DNA from: Candidatus Iainarchaeum sp.
GTDB taxonomy: Archaea; Iainarchaeota; Iainarchaeia; Iainarchaeales; JAFCCW01
Assembly (NCBI GenBank): GCA_017609985.1
Contig: JAFCCW010000008.1
Span: 1-47,036 of the forward strand
DNA: 47,036 nt
Direction: 5' to 3'
The stretch's first letter is position 1. Each line of letters begins with the position of its first letter. The position numbers were made by a program, and so were the translations under genes. Positions 18,701-27,106 of the stretch are shown here, piece after piece. The notes beneath the pieces are model-generated. The model was not told the DNA's origin and did no database searches. It worked only from the letters and a program-made list of their open reading frames with translations.

Positions 18701-21700
18701 TGACGATGGGAGGATTGCCTGGGAGCATGCTAACTACTTACAGAATTCATCTCTCTGCGGATGGAATAGTCCTGTCAAATATTCTGGCAGTGATTTTCCA
18801 AAAGACTCAACAGTTGGTTATTATGTGTGGATTCAAAAAACAAAGACAGAAGCTGATTGCACTTTTATAGCTTATCTTTCTAAGCCAGAAGAATACAGCC
18901 TTGAAGTTGTCGCATCACCCTCTGCAGGAGGAAGTGTTTCAGGCTCTGGAACTGTTGTTGAAGGAGCGCAAACTGCGATTGTAGCAGTTCCATCTTCAAA
19001 CTACTCATTCACTGGGTGGACTACTGAGGGAGACTGTTCTGTTCAGAATTCTTCTTTAACCAGAACAAGCGTTACTGTGAACGGAGACTGTACTGCTACT
19101 GCAAACTTTTCTGAAGATATCTCTGAAGTAAACCTTGTTCTTAGTGCATCACCATCAAACAGGGGAACTGTTGAGGGCGCAGGAGAATATGCTGTTAACT
19201 CAAGGCAATACATTGAAGTTTCTCCAGTTGAAGGCTTTGCTTTAGAACAATGGACTTGCTACGGCGACTGTTCTCTTGTTTCTGCAAATAATATTGCAAG
19301 AAACAATATTGACTTGGGTGAAACTGACTGCACCTGCATTGCTTATCTTGAAGAAATTGAACCAAGCTATAATTTCTCCGCAAGACCTAATCCGCAGGCA
19401 GGAGGAAATGCTTCAGTTTCAAATCCAGACCCTTCTGAATACGAACGCGTAATAGTTTCTGCTTCTTCAAACAGCGGATATAGTTTCGCAGGATGGAGCG
19501 AGCAGACAGGAAACTATGGTTGCTCTGTTTCACAATATGCTTCTTCGGACACAACAATAACAATTACTGCAAGAAGCGATTGTGAGTTTGTTGCAAACTT
19601 TGTCATGCAGTCATTGGATGATTGCTCTCTTGACTGCTCTGCAGACAACCAGTGCAATCGTGACTGCTACAATATGCCTCTCTGTTCACCAGACCCTGAC
19701 TGCTCTGAATGGTGCGACTTTGGACAGAATGAAATAGTTGAAGCTGGTCAAGCTTCTGACCTTGAAACAGATGAAGTTTATTGTTCCGGCCTTGGGTGTG
19801 AAATGTATCTCGAGGATGGAAGCAAGGGAATTGAAATTGAACCTGAACAGCTTTCAGGCTCTAATACAAGATATCATGTTTATCATGTTAATGCTTTCAC
19901 TGGAGAGAGAACTGAAATACAGAATTTTGTCAGCAGAAGTTATGGCCTTTCTTGTTTCCCAAGCGGAGACTATGCTTATTGTGGTTATATTTACAACATA
20001 AGAACTGGTGAAGTAATGGACAGAAGCCTTCCTTCAAACAGTGGTTCAGCAAATGATATCTCTGGCTCAAAGCTTTTGCTTGGTCCAATATTCAGTTATA
20101 ATGCTGGCTTTTCCGTGTACGATATTGAATCAATGGAATCAATTAACCTTGATGACTTGTTTGGCTCTCAAATCGATGAGTATATTGATGGCAGGTTTGG
20201 TTTTGGTGCTTCTTACATGTTTGTCCTGAGAGCCTGGACTTCAATTTCAGGAAAGTATGTTGTTGGATATGGAGACCATGGCGTAATTTTGGTCAAGGGA
20301 GATAATCTTCCTGAAAGTGAAGATACTGCATTTTTTGCAGGCTATGCAGGAAATGCTTCTTTCTTTATTTTGGTTGGAAATCTTGAAACAGGGGAAGTAA
20401 GGCTTGTTGAAACAAATCCTCTTCAGGTTTTCCTTATGTCCAGAGACGAATTTCCAGTCAGGTTTGATGGAGAAACAGTTTTCTTTAGGGCATCTGACAC
20501 AGCCAATTTCAATTCTCGTTATGACAAGTTTTACACTCTTGACATTTTCAACTGTTCTGATGACCCTGATCCAGATCCAGACCCGGACAAATCTCCCGGC
20601 ACTCCAAAGAATCTAACAACAAGCGCGGGCAGTATTGTTGTGAGCTGGGAGGCGCCAACAGAGTATACTGATGGCTCTCTTCTTAACATTGAAGACATTA
20701 ACAACTTTGATGTGTTTCGTTCAATCAAGGCAGGAGGCCCTTATACTCAAATAGGAATAACTTCCGGAGCTTCAGAAACAAGCTTTGTTGACTCTTCTGC
20801 TAAGTCAAACCAGACCTACTGCTATGTTGTCACAGCAATTGATGTGCTGGGTAAGGAAAGTGCTTACTCTGAAGAAGTCTGCACTGCAATCTGCGAGGAG
20901 GAAGAATGCGATAAAACATTTTTTGTTTCTGCAAACAATGTCAGAGCAATTGACAACCAGACTGAATGGAATGACCTTAAAATAAAAATTCAGGGAGACA
21001 ATGGAGTTGTTGCAGAATGTAGTTTTGATTTTCTGATTGGAGATGGTCCTGTTTGCATTCAGGAAATTTGTGGAAACGGACTGGATGATGATTGTGACGG
21101 TCTGATTGACTGGGCTGATTCTGATTGTGAAAACTGTGGAAATGGAGAGGATGATGAAGGAGAAACTTGCTTTAATTGTCCGCAGGACATGCCATTTGGG
21201 GAGTGTGAGGAACTATGCGGTGACGGAGTTGACAATGACGGTGACGGCTTTATTGATGAAGAATGCGAAATTTGTTTCAATCTCGTTGATGATGATGGGG
21301 ATGGCTTGATTGATGAGGGCTGCGGAGAACCAGATTGTTCAAATGGACTTGATGATGATGGTGACGGAGAAATAGATAATTGTCCTGACCTTGTGGTTGA
21401 GAATGTTTATCTTCATTCAACTGGTGTAAGACAGAATTCTTTCAATCTTGGATTTACTATTTCAAACAAGGGAAGAGCAATAGCAACAATTTTCAAGAAC
21501 TCTGTGTTTCGGGGAAATCCTGCTTTCGGAGATGAGCTTCAGTCAGAGGTTCTTTCGCTTGGAATCGGAGAATCAAAAACAATTACTCTTCCAATTACTC
21601 TTTTCTCTTTAAAGAACGATTTCAATGTTGTAGTCTTTGCTGATTCCACAGAATCTATTTCAGAACTTGACGAAGAAAATAACAAAAAAATATTTATTGT

Positions 21701-21965
21701 TAATGTTGGACAGGGCCCTGATCTTACTGTTGACAGATTTACTTCAGAAGAGGAGTGTGTTAATGAAACTGAAACATATACTTTGTTTGCAATTGTCAGA
21801 AACATTGGCACGAAAGGAATATTAGAAAGCTTTTACACTTCTTTATACAAGGATTCAATTCAGTCAACTCCTATTGCGGAGAGGTTAACTAATATGGGGG
21901 GTTTGGAAACTCAGACTCCTGGTGGCGGCGGGTTTGCAAATCCTGATTTGGGTGATGGTCAATGA
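15735..21965 (+). CDS. Giant secreted Cys-rich surface protein (~2076 aa): CARDB, ~9 divergent InlB-B-like repeats, FN3, MopE-like DDDCDG motifs; no C-terminal anchor
   Basis: ATG 15735 gives a signal peptide (MAGQKSFYLFICLIFLFISTAFS), with TTATATA ~35 nt upstream. Y.L.V.ASPSAGG.V...A.P..GY.F..W repeats, FN3 (PGTPKNL...SWEAP...YCYVVTAID), EICGNGLDDDCDGLID. Confidence 0.85.
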   Translation: MAGQKSFYLFICLIFLFISTAFSAELDGDCAPDYNSLRSCSSNSDCSFNSSLGINEELCDEGLGRCVDCQCSQCSFYGAYTGWLCIECCGDGFCNPVSESSVNCPADCGLDLELVSGSVYIVSEQLAKVDAILFNNSTQGVKTDAILYRKLKDSASFAVEDPVKSGWIYTVETEEFFPGAEEKVISFQITSEVAKNNRFLIWVNSQQKIVETNYENNQIEVGEEVCGNGIDDDLDGCIDEECQIVSCEVERNPFTVGYQKSGNLKVTVKSKNSCDNYSIALENPNGNIPSFLSAPKSVDTCTGNCSSTSYSSGCIGAGESIQFYPGSKEKCCPGLKEIPIIYGSGGLCGPSVNGAMLCSDCGNNFCEGWENECNCAEDCSINVAPASELPSLLFSKEKALFSTCGNGYCEEGEDGREIPWDSRVYCPEDCENEETDGQYYGSDKFQVLVEEEPCNGGTVSVSAGSAPFTSRGEDCGRTSQVAPSTSHQIMAVPAAGYEFVRWEHGLPSNPHCYIYGSESENAIIKMKPYELYHNACTVKAIFSLSAPSTYSLSVNASPSAGGNVSGSGSVVEGERKQIVAIPKSGYSFAGWTLSGSCTILNASSSRTSVTVNGDCTATAKFSENTYSLSVSASPSAGGTVEGESSDVLLRSTMPISASPSPGYSFVEWTDFGGCLVSDKDSASTTVLVNGNCIVIANFEKKYKFTIYPHPSGTGTVSGTGFSGSGEAKVLNDAPENQWVQISASPSSGYKFLYWQPGYSEMGTVCSLENEYNSNFSTNRVKASGEPGSCTYRAVFEESCSENCSANGQCNINCASNPGCETDPDCSARYSLTVLKTPSAGGSVTGTVSSVSLGSTHNISASPDSSFLFVRWSLDGDCRLNSGATIASNSVTVNGDCTATAEFSRCGSIFLQTSPIRTGSVVFNNSNVSQISCPITVGQHKINISPDEGYSIVELTANSNTASGDGCVFYGGARAGDPDVCRYYKRIYLTDDGRIAWEHANYLQNSSLCGWNSPVKYSGSDFPKDSTVGYYVWIQKTKTEADCTFIAYLSKPEEYSLEVVASPSAGGSVSGSGTVVEGAQTAIVAVPSSNYSFTGWTTEGDCSVQNSSLTRTSVTVNGDCTATANFSEDISEVNLVLSASPSNRGTVEGAGEYAVNSRQYIEVSPVEGFALEQWTCYGDCSLVSANNIARNNIDLGETDCTCIAYLEEIEPSYNFSARPNPQAGGNASVSNPDPSEYERVIVSASSNSGYSFAGWSEQTGNYGCSVSQYASSDTTITITARSDCEFVANFVMQSLDDCSLDCSADNQCNRDCYNMPLCSPDPDCSEWCDFGQNEIVEAGQASDLETDEVYCSGLGCEMYLEDGSKGIEIEPEQLSGSNTRYHVYHVNAFTGERTEIQNFVSRSYGLSCFPSGDYAYCGYIYNIRTGEVMDRSLPSNSGSANDISGSKLLLGPIFSYNAGFSVYDIESMESINLDDLFGSQIDEYIDGRFGFGASYMFVLRAWTSISGKYVVGYGDHGVILVKGDNLPESEDTAFFAGYAGNASFFILVGNLETGEVRLVETNPLQVFLMSRDEFPVRFDGETVFFRASDTANFNSRYDKFYTLDIFNCSDDPDPDPDPDKSPGTPKNLTTSAGSIVVSWEAPTEYTDGSLLNIEDINNFDVFRSIKAGGPYTQIGITSGASETSFVDSSAKSNQTYCYVVTAIDVLGKESAYSEEVCTAICEEEECDKTFFVSANNVRAIDNQTEWNDLKIKIQGDNGVVAECSFDFLIGDGPVCIQEICGNGLDDDCDGLIDWADSDCENCGNGEDDEGETCFNCPQDMPFGECEELCGDGVDNDGDGFIDEECEICFNLVDDDGDGLIDEGCGEPDCSNGLDDDGDGEIDNCPDLVVENVYLHSTGVRQNSFNLGFTISNKGRAIATIFKNSVFRGNPAFGDELQSEVLSLGIGESKTITLPITLFSLKNDFNVVVFADSTESISELDEENNKKIFIVNVGQGPDLTVDRFTSEEECVNETETYTLFAIVRNIGTKGILESFYTSLYKDSIQSTPIAERLTNMGGLETQTPGGGGFANPDLGDGQ
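17064..19605 (+). repeat. Array of ~9 disulfide-containing InlB-B-like (beta-grasp) repeats inside the giant protein
   Basis: Repeating ...GG.V.G...I.A.P..GY.F..W...C......V.GDCT.TA.F. Nucleotides 17548-17603 and 19060-19115 are nearly identical. Confidence 0.75.
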
Positions 21966-24900
21966 ATAAAAATCTTGTTTTGTTGTTTGTAGCGACCCTG
22001 TTGTTCTCTTCAATAGCCTATGCTGGTTGCATTGGAGGTGTGTGTGGAGAAATTTCCAACGCAAAAGTTTACTGGACTAATTCGCATGACCTTGATTCTT
22101 CTCTTCCTGAAAACATGCTTATTTATGATTCTACAACCCATGTTGACCCTGTTTCAATCCTGCCTGGTGCGAATGTTGTTGCAGACATTACTTATACAAA
22201 CACGGGAAACACAGTTATTTCTGGAAGAGCTCTTGCATACACTTCTGCAGGAGCTGGTTCTTTCTTGCCAGGGGAATCAAAAACTATTCGGAAGAGAATA
22301 AAAGTTGCTGGGCTTGGTTCTCTTTCAGAGCACACGCCTCCAGGAACATATAGATATGCTATTTATTTTTCTGTTGTCATAAATCAGCATCTTGACATCT
22401 TGTATATTCCTGTCAAGCTAGAAGAGAATGGGCGGGAATGGGCTAGTGTTTCTTCAAAACTTGAACTCGTGTCTTCTCCTGATGCAGAGGGATATTTCTC
22501 TATAGGGGATGAAGTCTGTTACAAGGCTTATTATAAAAACTCAGATTCCTCAACTGCAACAGTTGATGTAATGGATGGTTACTATAGCAATGGAGTGTTA
22601 AGGGGTTCATCTATCATAATTAACAACAGGCTTCTTAGGACTGAACGAGTCAGAAACAAAGACACTTCAATAATTGTTGAGCTTTCTCCTGGAGAAGAAG
22701 TCTGGCTTGAAAACGGAGATAGATGTTTTTCTCCCCAAGTCCCGGGCAATTACGTTCTTTCTGAATATCATAATGTTAGATACTCTGACGGGCAGTTTGG
22801 GCAGAGGGTGTCTCAATGGAAGCCTTTCACAACTTTTAAAGTGCGCGGTCCAATGGTGGTTCTGGAAGCAGGCTCTTCAAAGCTCAGATGGTTTTCAACT
22901 GGAATGCCTCTTGAAACAGTTGTCGGGATTAATGCAACTCACAGCACTGTTGACTTTGACGAATCTTTTCCGTTAATTCTTGAAGAGTATTTCTTTGACA
23001 GCAAAAACAATCTAAAGACTACGAGGCGTCACACTTTAACAGATATTCCTGCTGGAGAAAAAGTTCTTAGAACAATCACTGACAGTTTTGATCCCTCGGA
23101 AATAATTGGAATTCACCATGTTGTTATAATCGCAAAATATGATTCGGAGAGCAGTTTGTTTGACAACACTACTCTGGAGTCTGTTCAAGCAGATGTTTAT
23201 GGGGAAAGACACCGTGGTTCTTTTGACTATGTTTCAATGGATATCGGGGCTCCCAAAATACTTGAACTACAGGAAGATGGAACAATTGAGCTAAGAACAG
23301 GCCAGTCAAAGACAATCGGGATAACCTTAAGAAATGTTTTTACTGAAAATCATTCTTTTGCAGTTTCTGCTGACACTGATTTGATTTCTGTTGATTCTCC
23401 AAGGATTTCTCTCTCCGCTTCAACAAGCAGTAACTGGGTTGAGGATTCGTCTCATAAGATTACTGTTAGAGCTCCTGAAAATCCAGGGGATTATTCATTT
23501 ATTTTAACAGCCCAGTCAGAGGAAAATCCTGAAGTAAAGGATACTGAAATAATAAATGTAAGAGTAAGACCTGAAACATGTGAGTCTATAGGCGGCTTAG
23601 TGTGTGATGGAGACACTGTTTGTATTGGTCAGACAGTAATGTCTTACGGAAACGAGATTTGCTGTGTTGACGAAGGAGACCTTAAAGCAGCTTGCCAACC
23701 AAGAGAGGTTGTGGTTTCACTCCCTTTTCCAGCAAGTGTTGTTGATGACTTAACACAGTTCTGGGTTTGGGCTGATTCAACTGATGTGGTTAAGGAAATT
23801 TTGGAAATAAACAACACAAAGCAGTTTGCTTTAGAAAATAACAATGGAGAGATTTGCCCAAGGCCAATTCCTCTGGAAATTTGTGGAAACAATGTTGATG
23901 ATGATGGAGATGAATTGATTGATGAGAATCCGCCGTGCGGAACAGAGACCTGTGGGAATGGTTTGGTTGATGCTGGGGAAGACTGTGTTTCTTGTCCGCA
24001 GGACATGCCTTTTGGTTACTGCAAGGGCGGGCCATGCAATTATGAACTCTGCGGAAACAATATTGATGATGATTGTGATGGTCTGATTGACGAGGGGTGT
24101 GAACCAGAGTGCGGCAATGGAGCAGTTGATGTTGGTGAAAACTGTGAGACTTGTCCGCAGGACATGCCACCTGGCTACTGCGATGATGGCTGTGATGATG
24201 GCTGTTGTGACTACGAGCTTTGCGGAAACGAGTTAGATGATGATTGTGATGGTCTGATTGATGAGGGTTGTGGACTTTCCACTTGCGGTAACGGAGTAGT
24301 GGATCATGGAGAAGACTGTGATTTCTGTCCGCAGGATATGCCTTATGGCTTTTGTGACGAGTGCATTGGAGACTGCTGTTCAAGAGAGCTTTGCAGAAAC
24401 GGGATTGATGATGATTGTGATGGCTTGATAGATCCTGACCCGCCATGCTCTCTTGAGTGTGGAAATGGAATAGTTGATGAGGGGGAAACATGCGAGACCT
24501 GCCGGCAGGATATGCCTCCAGGATATTGTGAAGAGGAGCAGGAAATTTGCGGAGACCATGTTGATAACAATGACAATGGTTTCATTGATGAGGGTTGTGA
24601 ACCAAACCTGTTTGTTGACTCTGTTTCAGTTAATAGTACATTTTTTGAATCAGGCGACTTAAAGCTTGGAAGCTTTGATGTTGTTGTTTTGAATGATGGG
24701 GAAAATCTTTCAGGAGAATTCTCTCTTTCGCTTGAGCGTTCCGAGGGCAATGAAACTTTTTTGTATTTGAATGAAACTCTTCATCTTGGAAAAGTAGTTA
24801 TTCCTGCAGAGCAGAATGTAAGAAACTGGCTTGTGAAGCACAAAAATCTCAGAGTTCACAAGGACTCTCCTTATTCAACTTCTGAAACTGAGTGTGCTGA

Positions 24901-26281
24901 AATTGTTCTCAGAAAAACAACAGCTAACGGTCTTGAAACAGTCAGGGAAATTAATGGCTGTGATGATAATTCTGAAAATCCTTATGTTCCCGAGCGAAGA
25001 ATCAAATCGCGTGGAAAATATTCTGGAAAAGAGGAGGGCAATTCAAACAGTAATTCTGATCGAACCTATTCTGATTCTGGCGCTGATACTGATAACTTAA
25101 ATAATACCAATCTTGTGATTGGGGACCTTGAAGCTGGTTCCCTGCCTGGTTTTTCTCTCCTGTTTGCGCCTGTTAAAGAAGAGAAAGTTATTGCCCTTTT
25201 TGAGGAGGAGAATTCTTCAGACCAGGAAATTGTTTCATTGTTTTTCTGTGCTGATTCTGATAACTTGATTCCTGAGTCCAACGAGCTTGATAACTGCAAG
25301 CAGATTATTTTCAATACTGTGACTGGCGAAATTTGTGGAAACTGCATTGATGATGATGGTGATGGAGAAATAGAAGAAGGCTGTTCTGAAATTTGCGGAA
25401 ACAGCGTGGACGATGACTGTGATGGTTTGCTTGATGAAGGATGTGAAGAAGAATGCAATGGAGTGGATGATGACGGAGACGGTTTAGCTGATGAGAATCT
25501 GAAAAGACAGTGTGGTTCTTCAACTGTTGGTGTCTGTAGGTTTGGTTTTGAGAACTGTAAAATGGGTAACTGGGTTGATTGCAGTGCAGTGGAATCTGGA
25601 ATAGAATATTGTGATGGATTAGACGATGATTGTGATGGAGAAGTTGACAATGACTGTGAAGTGCTGGAACAATTGATTCTAGAGTATAAGGAGAAAGTTT
25701 ATGTCAATGAAAATCAGCTGGTTTCGGTTAAGAGTGCGATAACCGGTGAAAGACTTTCAGGAGTTGAAGTCCGCTTGGTGTCTCCATCCGGAGAATCATA
25801 TGCTGATGTTTCAAAAAAAGATGGTTTTGTGAAATTTAAGGTAAAGGAGTCTGGTGATTATCGCATTGTTGCAAGACTGAGCAATGAAATTGCAGAGGGT
25901 AACTTTGAAGGTCTTGCTCTAAGCACTACTGTACTGAACTTTTTCTCTTCTTCTGTGAAGAGTTTGTTTGGAGCTGGTGGTTTGGACTCGCCTTGGCTGT
26001 TTTTACTTTTAATACTGTTATCTGCAATAGCTGGAATCCTTGCTTACAAGCGTTCAAAAAAGTCTCTTGAAAAAGCAGGAATTGCGAGCACGAAGATTGA
26101 ACAAAGGAGAATCATTGCGGCTATATTTTCAGGAGCTATTTTCTTTTTTGTTCCAATTGCTGTTTTCAGGTTTTATGGAATTTCAGGAGGAATTTTTGTT
26201 GCTTTGCTTGAGATAGCGCTTGTTTTCTCTGTTGTTGCTTATTACAACAAGCGCAAGAGTTCCAGAAAAATTAAAATCTAA
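21962..26281 (+). CDS. Giant membrane-anchored Cys/Asp-rich surface protein (1439 aa): Ig-like domains, MopE-like and CPQDMP repeats, CARDB, C-terminal TMs
   Basis: GGTGA RBS and ATGA overlap. Signal peptide MNKNLVLLFVATLLFSSIAYA, many E.CGN..DDDCDG.IDEGC motifs, three C-terminal hydrophobic helices. Confidence 0.88.
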   Translation: MNKNLVLLFVATLLFSSIAYAGCIGGVCGEISNAKVYWTNSHDLDSSLPENMLIYDSTTHVDPVSILPGANVVADITYTNTGNTVISGRALAYTSAGAGSFLPGESKTIRKRIKVAGLGSLSEHTPPGTYRYAIYFSVVINQHLDILYIPVKLEENGREWASVSSKLELVSSPDAEGYFSIGDEVCYKAYYKNSDSSTATVDVMDGYYSNGVLRGSSIIINNRLLRTERVRNKDTSIIVELSPGEEVWLENGDRCFSPQVPGNYVLSEYHNVRYSDGQFGQRVSQWKPFTTFKVRGPMVVLEAGSSKLRWFSTGMPLETVVGINATHSTVDFDESFPLILEEYFFDSKNNLKTTRRHTLTDIPAGEKVLRTITDSFDPSEIIGIHHVVIIAKYDSESSLFDNTTLESVQADVYGERHRGSFDYVSMDIGAPKILELQEDGTIELRTGQSKTIGITLRNVFTENHSFAVSADTDLISVDSPRISLSASTSSNWVEDSSHKITVRAPENPGDYSFILTAQSEENPEVKDTEIINVRVRPETCESIGGLVCDGDTVCIGQTVMSYGNEICCVDEGDLKAACQPREVVVSLPFPASVVDDLTQFWVWADSTDVVKEILEINNTKQFALENNNGEICPRPIPLEICGNNVDDDGDELIDENPPCGTETCGNGLVDAGEDCVSCPQDMPFGYCKGGPCNYELCGNNIDDDCDGLIDEGCEPECGNGAVDVGENCETCPQDMPPGYCDDGCDDGCCDYELCGNELDDDCDGLIDEGCGLSTCGNGVVDHGEDCDFCPQDMPYGFCDECIGDCCSRELCRNGIDDDCDGLIDPDPPCSLECGNGIVDEGETCETCRQDMPPGYCEEEQEICGDHVDNNDNGFIDEGCEPNLFVDSVSVNSTFFESGDLKLGSFDVVVLNDGENLSGEFSLSLERSEGNETFLYLNETLHLGKVVIPAEQNVRNWLVKHKNLRVHKDSPYSTSETECAEIVLRKTTANGLETVREINGCDDNSENPYVPERRIKSRGKYSGKEEGNSNSNSDRTYSDSGADTDNLNNTNLVIGDLEAGSLPGFSLLFAPVKEEKVIALFEEENSSDQEIVSLFFCADSDNLIPESNELDNCKQIIFNTVTGEICGNCIDDDGDGEIEEGCSEICGNSVDDDCDGLLDEGCEEECNGVDDDGDGLADENLKRQCGSSTVGVCRFGFENCKMGNWVDCSAVESGIEYCDGLDDDCDGEVDNDCEVLEQLILEYKEKVYVNENQLVSVKSAITGERLSGVEVRLVSPSGESYADVSKKDGFVKFKVKESGDYRIVARLSNEIAEGNFEGLALSTTVLNFFSSSVKSLFGAGGLDSPWLFLLLILLSAIAGILAYKRSKKSLEKAGIASTKIEQRRIIAAIFSGAIFFFVPIAVFRFYGISGGIFVALLEIALVFSVVAYYNKRKSSRKIKI
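23876..24600 (+). repeat. Intragenic tandem array of ~160-180 bp units (MopE-like motif alternating with CGNG..D.GE.C..CPQDMP.G.C)
   Basis: Four CPQDMP/CRQDMP units with a conserved nucleotide core tgtccgcagga(c/t)atgcc; one further copy at ~21135-21207. Confidence 0.8.
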
Positions 26282-26535
26282 TTTTAAATTCAAAGAACTC
26301 ATTGTCTTGCCATCGTTGAATTTTGTTGCATTAGGCAGTAATATTTTGAAGGGAGAGTCCTTAAGTCCTTTTTTAAAAGGCTCTTTGGACAATTTTAGCG
26401 CATCGTTGATTGAAGACAAACAATGTTTCTTTGAAATAGGTGGGGGGCGGTGGTGGACGCAATTGGAATGTACTATGGGAATCGACTGCTAAATCATGTT
26501 TTTAAGGATTGCATTTCTATATTGTATTGGTTTCG

Positions 26536-27105
26536 ATGATTAAGCATGTTTTTGACTTTTTCTTCTCGCTTTTTTTAATAATTCTACTTTTTCCTGTTTT
26601 GGTTATAATCTCTTTGATTGTTTGGGTTGATTTTGGAGCGTTCCCAGTCTATGTTCAAAAAAGAATTGGAAAAAATGGACACGAATTCAATTTTCTGAAA
26701 TTCAGGACAATGCCTGCTGACTCTGAAAAAGAAGGTCCTGTGATTTCTTCAGAGCAGGATTCAAGACCGTCTCTTTTTGGAAGATTTTTAAGAAAAACTT
26801 TTCTTGATGAAATCCTTCAGTTGTTCAATGTTTTGTTTGGAGAAATGAGTGTTGTTGGTCCAAGACCTGAACGATTGTTTTTTCACAACAGGTTTTGTGA
26901 GGACATACCTGGTTGGGAAAAGCGTCTTTCAGTAAAGCCTGGAATGACTGGTCTTGCGCAGTTAAAAGGAATCGGGAGTCTTAAGCCGAAAGAAAAGCTT
27001 GCTCTTGACCTGAAATATATTCGCGAGCATTCTTTCTTCCTTGACTTGAAAATTATTTTAAAGACAGTATTTCTTTTCATTGGAAAATTTGTTGGAGGAA
27101 AATAA
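26536..27105 (+). CDS. Monotopic phosphoglycosyl transferase (bacterial sugar transferase, PglC/WcaJ C-terminal type)
   Basis: KHVFD, QKRIG..G, KFRTM, GRFLRKTFLDE, GEMSVVGPRPE, VKPGMTGLAQ, D..YI. Confidence 0.93.
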   Translation: MIKHVFDFFFSLFLIILLFPVLVIISLIVWVDFGAFPVYVQKRIGKNGHEFNFLKFRTMPADSEKEGPVISSEQDSRPSLFGRFLRKTFLDEILQLFNVLFGEMSVVGPRPERLFFHNRFCEDIPGWEKRLSVKPGMTGLAQLKGIGSLKPKEKLALDLKYIREHSFFLDLKIILKTVFLFIGKFVGGK

Positions 27106-27106
27106 G

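Noticed and set aside
21911-23700. Archaeal bulge-helix-bulge intron, intein or transposon as the cause of the CARDB split
   Set aside because: No convincing BHB pairing, terminal inverted repeats, target duplication (only AAC microhomology), intein motifs or nuclease/transposase; the insert encodes a secreted-protein N-terminus.
23876-24600. CRISPR array or DGR template/variable repeat
   Set aside because: Repeats are in-frame coding units differing largely at synonymous sites; no cas or reverse transcriptase gene and no adenine-specific mismatch pattern seen.
23644-25650. Long antisense ORFs rich in His, Ser and Gln
   Set aside because: Shadows of the GAT/TGT-rich repeats on the coding strand.
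26441-26475. ops/JUMPstart-like GGCGGTGG and a tRNA-3'-like GCGTCCACCA (minus strand) as an att site
   Set aside because: The ops match lacks the conserved A and lies upstream of the likely TATA. The CCA-like end has no intact T arm and does not match tRNA-Pro.
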